From Paraphysomonas bandaiensis (taxonomy: Eukaryota; Protista; Chrysophyceae): DNA of 64,000 nucleotides. Both the position numbers and the translations under genes were made by a program. The notes below the pieces were generated by a model, which ran no database searches, was not told the DNA's origin, and was given only the letters and a program-made list of their open reading frames with translations. Below, one piece after another: positions 22,901 to 36,414 of this stretch; position 1 is the first letter of the stretch, and each line of letters starts with the position of its first letter. The DNA lies in assembly GCA_965644295.1 (NCBI GenBank), contig CBFFRP010000428.1, positions 1-64,000 on the forward strand. The letters are read 5' to 3'.

Positions 22901-25900
22901 AATGACCCAATAATACACGCTGCGGACATCGAAAGGTACACCGCCGAGCACTTTAGTTATCAGAACGCGGTATCACCCCCGCAAGAGAAACCAGGATGCC
23001 CCGTGGAAGGAACAGCTCCAGGGAGGAGCAGTTCAACCGATAGCCGTCATGACGCCACACGGGGCGGGAGTCACAGCCATTTGAGAGGACCCTACTCAAA
23101 TGAAAAGGAGGCAAGAAGGCCTCGCCGCACAGCAGATGCTCAGCGGAATACAGTGCCGAAAAGGAGGCACGGGGTAACAACAAGTGTGATCACCCTGCTC
23201 GTAAGGTCAAACGAGCTATCAAGACTGTGAATTCCCAGGGTGACAGGAGCCGTCAAAGCCCGGATGGCACAATTACGGGTGTAAGGACACCCCACCGTCA
23301 CAAGGTGAGCCGTTGTTGCGTAAAGAAACGTCTCCACAGCAAGAGACAGACTAGAAAAAGGGTAATCGTAAACGTACACAAATTCGGTGACAATATATAC
23401 CACTGTGATGTTGATAAACGATATCTGTACAACCACTAAACACTTGATAAACATGATAGTTACAGAACATTATACATGAATGATGTTGACATCTTTATGC
23501 ATGCAAATGACTTATGTAGCAATGATGTACCTATAACACACCTAACAATGTTGGTGAGGCACTATATCAGGCAGGTACAAGGAACAATGGCTGAGAGCCA
23601 TCAACAAAGAAATCAACAAGTCTCTAGAGAGCAAAAAGGCTGCTGGAGGATAACGACAAGTCGATGTGATGCCCAAACCTGGTAAAGCGGTCGAACCCTG
23701 GTGAAATTTTGAAAATGTTGATTTTAGTTGAAGTTTTGTTGCGTTTTGCAATTAATAATGTAGTAGGTGTAAAGAGAACATGTTTTTAGAGACATTTAAT
23801 AAGTTTTATATTAGTTACAGGTCAAAAAAGTGAGAATGCAACGGTTACATTATACATATAGTAGTGGTACCTATACCCTAATACAACATATAGCCATCAC
23901 ATAACCAAACAATAGGTCACACATATCTATTACTAAAGTATTCAGTCAGTTCAACATTTACATACTCAATCAACACACGTCATACACTATCTCTCAGCGG
24001 TACAACATGAGCATACTGTGTCACACCACCAGCAAATTCCAACATCATAATAATATAAGGGGAAAATTCGTGTTTAGGGTAAAGGTCAAGCGAGATGAGG
24101 TTACTTTCAAGTGGCTCAAGGGTTCTCCCAGATCGAGGGCAAAGACTACAACGAAACCTACAGCCCAGTCGCAAAGGCCACATCAATGTGAGAACAGTCA
24201 GAGCACTAGCAACTATACTTGGGTTGGAGCTTCACCAGGTAGATTTCTCCACTGCTTACATCAATGCAGACCTCCAAGAGGAAATTTACATGTATCCACC
24301 CGCTGGTCTCAATGTTTCAAACGGGAAGGTCCTCAGACTTCTAAAGAGCATATACGGACTCAAACAGTCCGGGTTAAATTGGTATAAATGTTGTACTAAT
24401 TATTTGTGAGACTGTGGTTTCACCAGATTAGTATCCGATCCGTGCATCTTCAAGAAATCAAGTTGGTCGACTCATAATTCTGGCAGTTTACGTCGATGAC
24501 ATCATTATCGCCGCTAAATATAGGACTGACATCATCCAAATCAAGAATTCGTTAGCTGAAAAATTCGACATTCATGATCTCGGCCTCCTAGATTACTACC
24601 TCGGCATATTCGTCCAACAGGATCTACAGAATCGAACTACGACGCTAAATCAATCTCAATACATACGGAATCTACTCCACAGATTCAACATGGAAGATTG
24701 CAAGCCACGTAGTCACCCCATGACAACAAATTTCCATATAGACATTCTCGAAAGGAAACAACTATCCCAACAAGAAAATCAAGAATTTGTCCAAAATTTT
24801 CCTTACAAGGAGCTCATAGGTTCACTTATGTATATTGCTGTGTGCACTAGACCTGATATTGCATATGCTGTAAACACCCTTGCTCGTTTCAGTACTAACC
24901 CAAATCTAACTACATACTGCTTAAACATACTTTTAGGTACCTCAAAGGCACCATCGATCAAAGTCCACAGCAGTACTCCGGGAAGTCTGTTACCTTAACT
25001 GGATTCGCTGACAGTGATTGGGCACACTGCAACTTAACTCGCAGGTCGACCACAGCGTTTTGCTTCTTTATTGGAAATTGTCTCATTTCCTGGCAATCAC
25101 GACTCCAGACCACTGTAGCTCTATCCTCTGCAGAAGCGGAGTACATGGCACTATCAACAGCATGTCAAGAAGCTATTTGGCTACGGTCACTACTCTCGGA
25201 ATTGGGCTTCCACATGCCATACTCAACAACCATATGGTGTGACAACAAAGGTGCAATCTAACTATGCCTAAACCCCGTACACCACCGACGAACAAAACAT
25301 ATTGCCATCAGATATCACTTCATAAGAGAACAAGTCGCATCGCACTCTATTATTGTTGATTACATGCCTACAAACGAGATGCTGGCTGACATTCTAACTA
25401 AACCTCTCACATCAAACACGTTCCACAGATTGCGGGATTCACTAATGGGGGGGGAGGCATCAACATACCTGCTAGCAATAAAAGAACAAAAGTATCTATC
25501 CCGCCGGCAGAGAACTCAACCAAGAGACCACGATGAATGACTTAGAGATCTACGGAGTTTCCCACGAGTATGCTGTATGTTGACATCAGTGTAATCCACA
25601 ATCTGTGATAGCACTCGTGGGTTTTACCCTCAGTAGAACTATCTCCGAATATATACACCTATATTCATATATCTATGTATACGTCATATGATTATTTCAT
25701 TGAGGGGGATTGGGAGTCATTGATTCACGTATATCCCTTAACGCGTGAATACAACACACGTATACAATGAAATACAAAATAGACTGAATAATTACCAAAC
25801 TATACATGATACGCGACTGTACAAGATACGCACATGTGTGGTGCTAACGCCCTGCTCAAACGTGTCTTGCTATTATACTATTAGGCCTTATCGTTCAATC

Positions 25901-25963
25901 TTTATCTCTAATAATATCAAGTATATCCTTACTAAATATCAAGACTAACCTTAAATCTTATTT
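19926..25963 (+). mobile_element. Copia LTR retrotransposon family 1 (full length, many frameshifts)
   Basis: 256-bp LTRs 19926-20181 and 25708-25963, TSD TTCCC, PBS-like TGGCAGCGG at 20182, PPT TGAGGGGG. gag, PR (ILDSGCT), IN (HADGG, WGCKC), RT (LKSIYGLKQSG, VYVDD) and RNase H in copia order. Confidence 0.95.
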
Positions 25964-26192
25964 TTCCCTCGTCAAAATCTTGAGCGCAGGGTGATACAGT
26001 CGCCTTATTATCCGTGGTGAAATATAACTATAATCATTTGCGCAGAGACAAAGTAAATTACGTATTTTCTAACTTTTCAATGGCTAATCATTTTTTCACT
26101 GTTAATTTACTTTTTATATATATCATTGTTGCTATTCATTGGTACTGTAAGAGAACTTGTACTCCCGGTACAAGACAAACAGGTATTACCAT

Positions 26193-26672
26193 CAGGGCTG
26201 CGTAACAATTAATTACAATTAAATTGCAAATGTTTTTTGCAATTTAATTGCAATTATTAGCTATAGCTTGCGGCAATTATATAATTGCAATTTAATTGTG
26301 CCAATTATTGTCTAATTAGTTACTCGTTACAAGCACGTATAGCATCTTCAACCGTACTTGCATTCCACAGAAATCTATTAAAGCGCAAGAACATAAGGGC
26401 CTCTAATCGATGAGGTGCCATAGATTTGCGCAGATCACTCATGTTAATTTTTGCTCTACTGAAAAGCCTTTCTACACACTTAGTAGTAGAGTATATAAGC
26501 TTCAAGCAGCGGTACTTAGTTGGTTTAGTAGTGCGTAGTCGCTTTTGTTCTTGGTGCGCTTGGTGTCTTCTCGCCTCTGAGTCGACACCATCATCTTCTT
26601 TTTCCTCTTCTTCATCAGTTCTGTCCAACAAAAAAACATTATCCATTAATGGTAACCAGTTACCAGGCCCTG
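26193..26672 (-). mobile_element. hAT transposon remnant (C-terminal dimerisation region)
   Basis: ORF 26320-26646 has TTKCVERLFSRAK..SDLRKSMAPHRLEALMFLRFNRFLW. End CAGGGCTGCGTAACAATTAAT at 26193 matches 55741-55761. The other side ends in the MITE-type TTACCAGGCCCTG. Confidence 0.8.
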
Positions 26673-26927
26673 GTATAGCGGTACTGATGTACTGATATCC
26701 AAGCCAGACACTGGAAAACTTTTCACAGTTATGCGTATGACATCATTTTTAATAGTTATATCACTGCGATGCGCACACTATACCTCCAGAGCTAGAGTTG
26801 CTTAAAAATTTCGAAATGTAAAACAAAATTTGGTTTATATTACACAGGTTACGATTTTACAAATGTCGACGTCGATAACATGCGGAGCAAAGTGACTATC
26901 ATTACATGTTTGCTATTTATATATCAC

Positions 26928-27634
26928 CTATTTCGCTGTCGTTTGTTTGTCCGCTCATCACTCTCATCATTTCCTTTTGATATCAGCACGGAGGCTGGAA
27001 GTAAAGTACTTGATTTTCCAGACCGCCACAGATGTATTGCTCTAGTGGATTCGTACCCTGAGAGAGAGTCATCAGATAACGATAAAAGTCCGTTACGCGA
27101 TAAACACCTGCTTGAAAAAGTTGTAGCTCAGATGCAGTCAGACTATGAGTGTAATCTGCCATATCCTCATGCAAACTGAAACACAATAACACAAAAAATA
27201 TTAGAATCCAATCACAGAACTACACATGACACTCACTGCGCTTGAGCACGAGATACAAGAGATTTATATCTCTGTCCTGCAAATGCCGCTCTTAAAGTAG
27301 TGCGCAGATCCTCATCATTAGTCTTGTGGCTTAACTTCAGTCCCACTTCAAAGTAATAATACGAATACTCTCTGAGCTTAACGGCCTCGGCGCCCGCAAG
27401 AATATCCTCTCGAATACGAGCTCCGTAATGCTTCGGCAGCTTCATGTTGACCATACCTCTGTCCGACAGCTTCTCTGCTAACCACAGAGGCAGCTCTACA
27501 GTTGATAACTCCGGGAGATTAACAGAACTACACGTCGAGTCAAGATAACCCAAACCAGAGGCCTCTCGAGTGAACTCACACGGAAGGCGCTCCTCCTCGT
27601 ACAGGATCTCATCCAGGTCCAAATAGCGACGCAT
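26928..27634 (-). CDS. PSF3: GINS complex subunit Psf3
   Basis: MRRYLDLDEILYEEERLPC, GLGYLD, VELPLWLA, YYYFEVG. Three predicted exons ending ...RTNKRQRK*. Confidence 0.9.
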
Positions 27635-27703
27635 AGCGTTACAATGAACCAAAAGCAGTGACAAGATCCACTATACACACATACCTACCTACAAGGCTAT
27701 AAA

Positions 27704-28571
27704 TACATACATACATACATACATACATACATACATACATACATACATACATACATACATACATACATACATACATACATACATACATACATACATACAT
27801 ACATACATACATACATACATACATACATACATACATACATACATACATACATACATACATACATACATACATACATACATACATACATACATACATACAT
27901 ACATACATACATACATACATACATACATACATACGTACCTACCTACCTACCTACCTACCTACCTACCTACCTACCTACCTACCTACATACATACATACAT
28001 ACATACATACATACATACATACATACATACATACATACATACATACATACATACATACATACATACATACATACATACATACATACATACATACATACAT
28101 ACATACATACATACATGCATACATACATACATACATACATACATACATACATACATACATACATACATACATACATACATACATACATACATACATACAT
28201 ACATACATACATACATACATACATACATACATACATACATACATACATACATACATACATACATGCATACATACATACATACATACATACATACATACAT
28301 ACATACATACATACATACATACATACATACATACATACATACATACATACATACATACATACATACATACATACATACATACATACATACATACATACAT
28401 ACATACATACATACATACATACATACATACATCATACATACATACGTACCTACCTACCTACCTACCTACCTACCTACCTACCTACCTACCTACCTACCTA
28501 CATACATACATACATACATACATACATACATACATACATACATACATACATACATACATACATACATACAT
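27704..28571. repeat. Compound (TACA)n/(TACC)n microsatellite, about 870 bp
   Basis: Directly visible. Two ATACG-(TACC)n junction blocks, near 27931 and 28442. Confidence 0.99.
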
Positions 28572-30309
28572 AGTGAAGCTTTTTGCTACAACTGTGAAGC
28601 TATGTATTCTCTGTATACTGTGTATATGGTATACATAGGTATACGTGTGCGTATAAGAGTGTATATCTCTGGCTCACTTCGAAGTGAATGTGATGTGGAT
28701 ATATGCATATATGAGTACATGATTCAGAGGCTCTGCTGCTGCCTCTACTCACAGACACGAGTGAGGACTATCAACAGTGTGTGGTCATAGTGGTGTATAG
28801 TGGTGTGCGCTCCTCATGAGGTGAGAGACTCGTATGATCACATGAATAATACCGCAGCAGATACACACAAATACATACAGAACACCCACACACACATACA
28901 TGCATAGACCGCATGGAGCACCCTGAATAGTCATACAACTGCACCAGAAGCGTTCACCACTAATGCGCTCCTGAGTATGTTATTTTATACGGTGTATCTG
29001 CATTAATGGAGCTGTGGAAGCACATGTATCCGTTAGAAGACTGTGACGCTGTTGTTAGTGGAGCTGGTGGTGATCGTCCATATGAGGACTTCCTCTATAA
29101 GGATAACATATGAGTAATATGAGAGTGTGGATGAGTTGTGGGGGTGGTGGGAGTGTATGTATGTGGTAGAGGGACGCCTCTTACGACCCAACCAGTGAAG
29201 AGCCTGTCGACCATATGACTCCTAATGCTGTATCACTCGTAATGACCTGCTGTGTCCTGTAAATATGACTAAGGTTTACATATATCATTCATCAAGATTA
29301 AGGTGATGTCGTAGATAAGAGATGGATGTATATCGTATATTACATATTGCTATAGCATACGTACTGACAACAGTGGCCTGACTATTTAATTTTAATTTAC
29401 GGATTGCGTTGTAGAAACTGCGGTTCGAAACTGTGTGCTTTGTTTTACCTAATGCCTATGAACAGTTAATATATGAGTCACAATTATATCCAGCGCGCTA
29501 GCAAGTATTTCAACACTAACTGATGGGGGGTATAATTGTGGCTGAAAAAAGCCATTTTCATTGACAATGTTGCAATAGTGGTGGTATAACACTTTGTAAA
29601 ATTGCAATATTGATAAAATTTTGCTACTAATGTTTCTAGTTGTGGGTGTATTACTTCACCTGTATTAATTCCGTGTAATATTTGGATTTCATCTGTCGTT
29701 AAATTTCCCCTACATGCGTGTACATGTTTACATCAAATAAAATATATTATCTTTCGTATCTGTATACTGTATACGCTTATACCAGTGGCTCATTATTTAT
29801 TACACCTGACTATCCGCTTGCTGTTTCAAAAGTGTATGTATACCTTGTATGAACTGTCACGTGACACTAATAACCTCCCAGCTAGCAATTGTTCATGACT
29901 ATATACAGGACAGTTGAGCACAATGCTGAAATTATGATGGGTCTACAGACTTATGTTAGGCTCACGGCAATATATATCGCTATTAGTTGATTACTGAATA
30001 TCCTTACCTGAGCTATGCTGCATTGGTTTCACCTTACTGTTAGGACATCATTGTTCTGTAATACTTACCTATAGGCGAGCATATTTGATTACTGCGTCCT
30101 CAACTAAGAATTGACTAGTTTAATCATTAATTATCTTGACGAAACAAAACCCCATAACTTATAGCAACGACTTATTTTAACCGTGTCGTATTGATTAGGT
30201 TCAATGGTGAGTTTAGGTGCGCTGAAAAGTGAACAGGTGTTCACGTGTATTGGATGTTGGATGTACATACTCCATGACTCGTTCACCTGGAGTTAGTACT
30301 TAGATATTT

Positions 30310-30610
30310 TAACTTCTCGTTTCTTATTATTGCTTGAGCGGACTGAAAAACTTTCTCCGCATAGTCAATACATGAACTTTATCATCCTCTGTTTCGTTTC
30401 TATCACTGTCAGAACGGAGATATATTCTAACAGCATTTCTCTCACATCTTGTCAACACTTAACTTCATCGAATTTATCAATTCCATTCTCAAAATTTGGA
30501 ACATAAACTATTTAAGAAAGTGATATAAGGTACATAAAGTCTCTCAATAAGCCATCAAAAATTCATGGAAGTTCATTTGACTTGAGCCTCCTGTTGGAAG
30601 CACCATTCAA
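30310..30610 (-). pseudogene. Highly degenerate hAT-like transposase fragment
   Basis: Minus-strand pieces read IFDGLLRDF..IVYVPNFENGIDK..LTRCERNAVRIYL, parallel to LFGELIIRH..IIHNAAFEKAVVK..LTRTEKDQIK at 49730-49906. Frameshifts and stops present. Confidence 0.5.
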
Positions 30611-30974
30611 ATTTTTCATGTGTGTGCAACAACACTACTATTATAAGATCGGAATTCTCTCGAACTATAGGAAGCATATATCAGTTATTGCATCCGGTAG
30701 GCCTTTGATTATTGATACAGGATCTCTTATACGCAACCACAAGAGCGGCGCCTAAAGCTAGAGGCCCATCGTGTGACATTAATCCTTCTGGTATCCCACT
30801 GGTTTGGATTCAACTTCCTCGTGAGCAGGCTACTTGTCAAATAGTAGGTCTACACATCAGCAGTGTACTCATCAGAGGTGTTGTCATTCGTGTATTCTTA
30901 GGCCGATGAGTTCATTGACTCGAGTTTATTTACTTCACCTTTAGCCGGACTTCGAAAACATCTGTAAATATCTC

Positions 30975-31640
30975 CCCCCAACAAAGTCGGACTCGCACCA
31001 TTTCGTACCGGAGATATTTTTCCGGGAAACTAGCCCGAGCCGCAAACATAGACAGCAAATATTGTTCTGCTCACTTGTAGCCTAAATGCTTGTGTGATAC
31101 AAGGGACACCAATATAAGTGTCACTTGTGTATACGTCATTGGGTCTTGACGAATAAACAGGCATCCGGGAATGGGACCACCTCAAAAGGGCATCCGAAGT
31201 ATTGGGCTGCCTGCTTGAGTCAATAATTCGTGCTGATCACCTTAAGGGCAGAGAGCGAAAGTGACTGCACCTTGGTGCTTGCGGTGAGGCACAAGCGGCT
31301 TTTAGTTAAATTTTTCTGACTCCTACTCGCCAATTGCTAATAATCAGATAATCACTACCGTAAATATCTCCACTTTTGTATGCGCTCAATGTATATATAT
31401 AGAAGTATATTTGAGTCCTTAAGGTGATCAGCACGGATGCCCTTGAGGTGGTCCCATTCCCGGATGCCTGTTTATTCGTCAAGGCCCAATGACGTATACA
31501 CAAGTGACACTTATATTAGTGGCCTTTGTACCACACAAGCATTAAGCATCTGCTGACAATAGACAATATATTATGCGACTCATGTTAGTTTTCCTGAACA
31601 ATGTCTCCGGTACTCTTCTCCCCCAGAACACCTTGTTGAA
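30975..31640. repeat. Two copies of repeat family A in opposite orientation (30975-31305 minus; 31417-31640 plus)
   Basis: Both align by eye to 3135-3510. Confidence 0.85.
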
Positions 31641-32052
31641 GGATCTATATTGCACTGTCTACTGTCTTTCGTCTTTCAATGCAATGTATCTCTAATCTGT
31701 ACTGCCACACTGTTCTAGAAACTAGAAAATGGTTATTTATTATATCTTGCTATATTAAATACACTGCTTCCAGCCCTCTGATATACACTACAGAATATAT
31801 ATATTTCCATTTATACTATTCTAATATTGACTCCGTGATATTTTTCCCCAGCAAATATTTTAAACATGTAATGTCCTATAGCTTTCAGTACAGTCTGTGA
31901 GCTGGCGTAAGCGGCGTAAGTAATATTCCCAATTACATACAGTGAAGCAATCACTTCAACATTTTACCACACAAAACTAATCAATGACATCAACATTGCA
32001 AGGAAATAAACAGTAACATTTACCACGTATTCACATTTTGCACAAGAAAATT

Positions 32053-34758
32053 CTACTTCAGCTTTGTGGACACGCCACTTCTAGTATTTTTTATTTTCTC
32101 CGAACTACTTGCAGTTTTGAGCTTTTCAGATACATTGCTAATGCTAGCAAGTTTCTCGGGTGTACTGCTCTTGCTTTTCAAAGCGTGTGATACACTATTC
32201 ATACTCTTGAGCTTTTCGGAAGCGCTACTCTTGCTTTTAATTATTGGTGACGATACTTTACCCGAGCGACCACTGTCAGACACGTTGCTAGTAACCCGTA
32301 TATTCATTGGTACAGGGCCAGACCGACTTTTGGACATTTTTGCTGACTTCACTGATATTGACTTCGACCTCGATATAGACAGCGACCTAGCTCGAGTAAC
32401 GTCCGGAGTTTTCAAGTCCAATTGTGCATCGTACAGCTTTTCTTCATCCTTGGCAAAGGGACGGGGCATATGGGGAATTTTCAGCTTGAGACATTGTTCC
32501 TTTAGAACATTTACAATGGGGTCAAGATCTTTTATCATCCACGACGGAAATCCATTGCGACAACATCTCCTGTGATCGTGAACCTCGCCATCGAACATCA
32601 TCGGTTGGTGGCAATAGATGCATACTCGACGCGGAGGAAATTGCTTTCTGAATTGAGTGATGTACTTTCTTAGGACCCAGTCAAAGTGCATAGTCCAACG
32701 GTGTACTATGACAGACTTCGCCAGAATATCTCGAGGGAGATATCGACCTTTTCCCTGTATCTTTACACGAGAGAGAAGAGATCGAGAAGGCTCTAATACT
32801 TCCACTAAACTGTGAATATTAACCATCGGGAGGCTGGTCATGTTGTCCCAGGCCTCTTGTGGGAGGCCACCTTCTTTCGATGGCTTAAGATACTCTTGGC
32901 ATATGGACAGGGATGCGTAGTCAATACACCCCCCAGGTCGGTTGCAGAACAAATTTAAAACGGCTTTCACAATCCGACGCTCAAGTGTGTCTTCTTCCTC
33001 ACCTAGTAGCCTGAAGATATATCAATAATAGAGCCTTAAGTAATCCACGTACAAAATCCACTTGCATAGGAGAATACGCAATATATAATACAGGATATTC
33101 TATAGATACTGCTTTGCATATAAAAGGAGATATTAATCGTATGACTATTCACGTTCTATTGATGTGACATCCAAACTAACTACACCATATAAATCAAAAG
33201 GATTTTAACCACTATACATCAAATAGTTTAAATACAAAAAAGGCAATGGTCCTACCTTTCAGACTCCGCCGCAAACTCATCTTCTCCGAATTCTTCAGGG
33301 TGAATAGTTTTATATTCCCCTTTGGCCTTTTGTAGAGGGTTGGCGCATAGCACAGCGAGACAGAATACGTCCACTCGGCGCATGTGGTCCTCCAAACTGA
33401 TGGGTGGAACCTGGAATATCAGCATCAGTAATTCGAAATCAAACTCAATCGCATCAAACACATTGACTACATAGCAAGGCATGGACACACCAATGCTACG
33501 CTTTTTAGAACCATAAAATACCTGCTCATCATCATTTTTCCACTTCAAGTCCTTGCTAGCTTCATTCAGGCGCCGGGTTAGTACTATACACTCTCTACTT
33601 GCTCGACTTCTCTCATTCGCAATGATCTCTAAACGCTTACGGTTCTTATGATGCCTACTTTGGAATAGACGAACTTTTCTCTGTACCATAATTACTGCCT
33701 TCCGCAGAATGTAGTTTCGGTAGGCACGCTGAATCGTAATAGCGTAAGGGCTGTACTTCCGTCGCCAGTACTTCCGCCACCAATACATGACATATATTCG
33801 AGCATCATAAATCTTCTTTAGACGTTTCCGTTCCTGTCGGCCGCGGTAATTAGCCTGCACACGGCGTGCATAGTTTAATTCTCTCTTGGCTATTCCTCGT
33901 GCTTTGCGCTTGCGTTTCAAATATCGTTTCGCCCTAATAATAGAAATGAGAATGATGAGTGATACATACATATTAGACTAGTATCACACGTACATGCGAG
34001 TGATGGCAAGAAACGCCAGGTTAACTTGTGCTAGTCGAGCAGCTTCTCTTTCTTCCTTCAATCTGGCTTCCTCTCGCTCTTGAATACAGCGATTCATCTC
34101 ATTCTTACGCTCCCTGCGCAAAACAGAATTTCTTCGAAATGTTTCCCTATTCTTTCGGAAAGTCTTTTGCACCATCGAAATAGACTCATTATACAGCTTC
34201 GCCTCTGCACGTAGTATTTGCATTTCAACATATGTCCGAACATTCCGCTGAATTATAGTAGCCGCCCTATTCTTACGATCTAAATTGCGTCGAAATAAGC
34301 GGGTAATCGTTTTGGATGCCGTATGAGCAACTTCATCATAAGGAAAACGACTACGCGCATTTGGTTCACGGTCTTGGACTAAAAAGTCGTTGAAATAGTA
34401 CCGGGGACATCCCAATATCAGAGCACTTTTCTCGTTTTGTAGAAATAACTCAGCACCGAAAGGCGCAGCAATACGAGATGAACGATCGTCCCATAAAGAC
34501 TCAGATTCAGATCTAATGTACATATCTGACTTGAGAGATAAGTTCCCTTTTAGTTCACGACTGAGAGAGACGCTGCTGCGACTCCCTTTAAATGTGTACT
34601 GCTCAACACGACCGGCGGCTCTCTTGCACCTCTCATACTTTAATCTCCGCTTATCGCTGTCAGATAAATATCACATGATGTGTTATTAAAGTGAGCGTAT
34701 GTCTGTTATCTCACCGGAACGACATGTCGTAATCTTTATGAGGTCTCTGCATCGCCAT
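32053..34758 (-). CDS. IQ-motif (calmodulin-binding) protein with basic Ser/Lys-rich C-terminal repeats
   Basis: ORFs 33984-34523, 33252-33971 and 32053-32970 joined by GT-AG introns. IQ-like motifs IIQRNVRTY, RVQANYRGRQER, TIQRAYRNY, MVQRKVRLF. Probable ATG 34758. Confidence 0.7.
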
Positions 34759-35506
34759 ATTATGTCTCTAGACTATGATCTATCTATACGGACCCACACA
34801 TGACGGGGCATCACCATCGCATAGTCCCGTAACAGTCATTGTAGAGGATGGGCTTATATATGCATCACATTACGTGATAGCATCCACATCTGTGCACTCA
34901 TGAGCGCTGCGCTGTGTGCAAGACTGCCTGGATAGATGCCAGTTTGCCGTTACATAACCACTAAACCCCCGATATTCACACACATAAGTATAAAATCCTT
35001 TATTTTCCGGCATCCATCTTCCCTAAAATGTGTGCTCTATTCTACAGTGTTTTAAACTGCTGGATAGAGGGGAATACACTGTATTAAATGTATATACAGT
35101 GTCTCCTAATACCGGAGGTTTCTAGATCTTTTTCTATTTCTTCTCATCAGTTTCAGGAGAATATCGCCGGTTTACACACTACGAACAGTAGCAGATGCTG
35201 TACACGTCCAGTACATATACAGTACAGTACATCCATACTATAGTCTCCCTACAGTATCATACCAGTACGCAGTATATACATGCATCCGTCCACTGCCCAA
35301 CACACACACATACATACATCCAGCCCAGCAGCATATCTCACTTAAGAGCCCCGTATATATATCGCTGTAATCTGCCAGAGTGTGAGTGAGTTCTATCTGT
35401 AGAATGGGGGTGGGTGAGAGTGCAGTGTAACGACCCCCTCCCTCTCTATCCCTGTACGCATACATCACACACATATCTGTCAGTGTATCTGTTAGAGTAC
35501 TTTCAG

Positions 35507-36414
35507 ATGATGGATACGCTGCTGGATACCTCCTCCAGTGATATGAACGCTAATCGGAAGATATCTATCAGCAAATACAGGAAGAAGCAAGCCGCTAATG
35601 ATGCGCAGCTGCTCATGTGAGTTATGCGTACGCCGTCTACCCCAATAACTGACATTACCCTATATGCACATACACTCATACACACAGGAATCGTATAGCT
35701 CTTCTACAAAAAGAAGAGGAACGAGCAAGGAAGAAAGTCGACCAAACTAAGGAACGAGCACTTGAGATTCTCGCAATGAGAGAAGAGAATGAGCGCAGGA
35801 CGAAGGAGTGGATGCAGGCCGCAGCTGAAGAACAACAAATTCGGGAAGAAATTCATAAGAAGAACATTAAAATGGAGGAAAAATCTCGTTCGATAAAGAA
35901 GAAACAAGTCGACGAAGTGATCCGAAAGAAGCGACATGACGTGGAGCGAATTAGAGAAGAGAAGCAGCAGTTACGGAAGGAAATGCTCCATATGAAAGCA
36001 ATGGATGTGAAAAGAAAACAAGCAATGAGGCGGGAGGTACGAATTCGTGAGAATGAAGCGAGGCGTAAGAGGGAAGAGGAAAAGCGACTGCACGAACAGA
36101 GAGTCAAAGAGTTCTACGAAGCTCGTGCGAGGGAGGAAGAAGCCGAAGCATTGCGGGCTGAGAAACTGGTAAAGAAGCTGGAGAAGAAAGAAAGGGAATG
36201 GGTAGAAAAACTCCGAGCGGCTCAGCAGGTGCAAGAGACAGCTTTTGTAGATCTCGAGTCTGCTCTGGCCCGAGTAAACACAAGTGAACATTTTCCGTTA
36301 CACGAACCGAATACACTTAGTCCGAACGGCCGCTCTAGACAATGTTTATCCTCATCCGGTTCCGGTAATGATATGAACAAGAAAAAGACGAAAAAGAAAC
36401 CATCGTCTTCATAA
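35507..36414 (+). CDS. Uncharacterised charged coiled-coil protein
   Basis: Exon 1 ...KQAANDAQLLM spliced (gtgag...cacag) to NRIALLQKEEERARKK, continuing into the 212-aa E/K/R-rich ORF. Confidence 0.75.

Noticed and set aside
27935-27985. Telomeric repeat
   Set aside because: (TACC)n/(TAGG)n 4-mers embedded in an internal microsatellite, not a TTAGGG/TTTAGGG tract.
28790-29260. GC-richer exon-like pieces after the microsatellite
   Set aside because: Stops in the plausible frames and no recognisable family. Possibly a relic, but unsupported.
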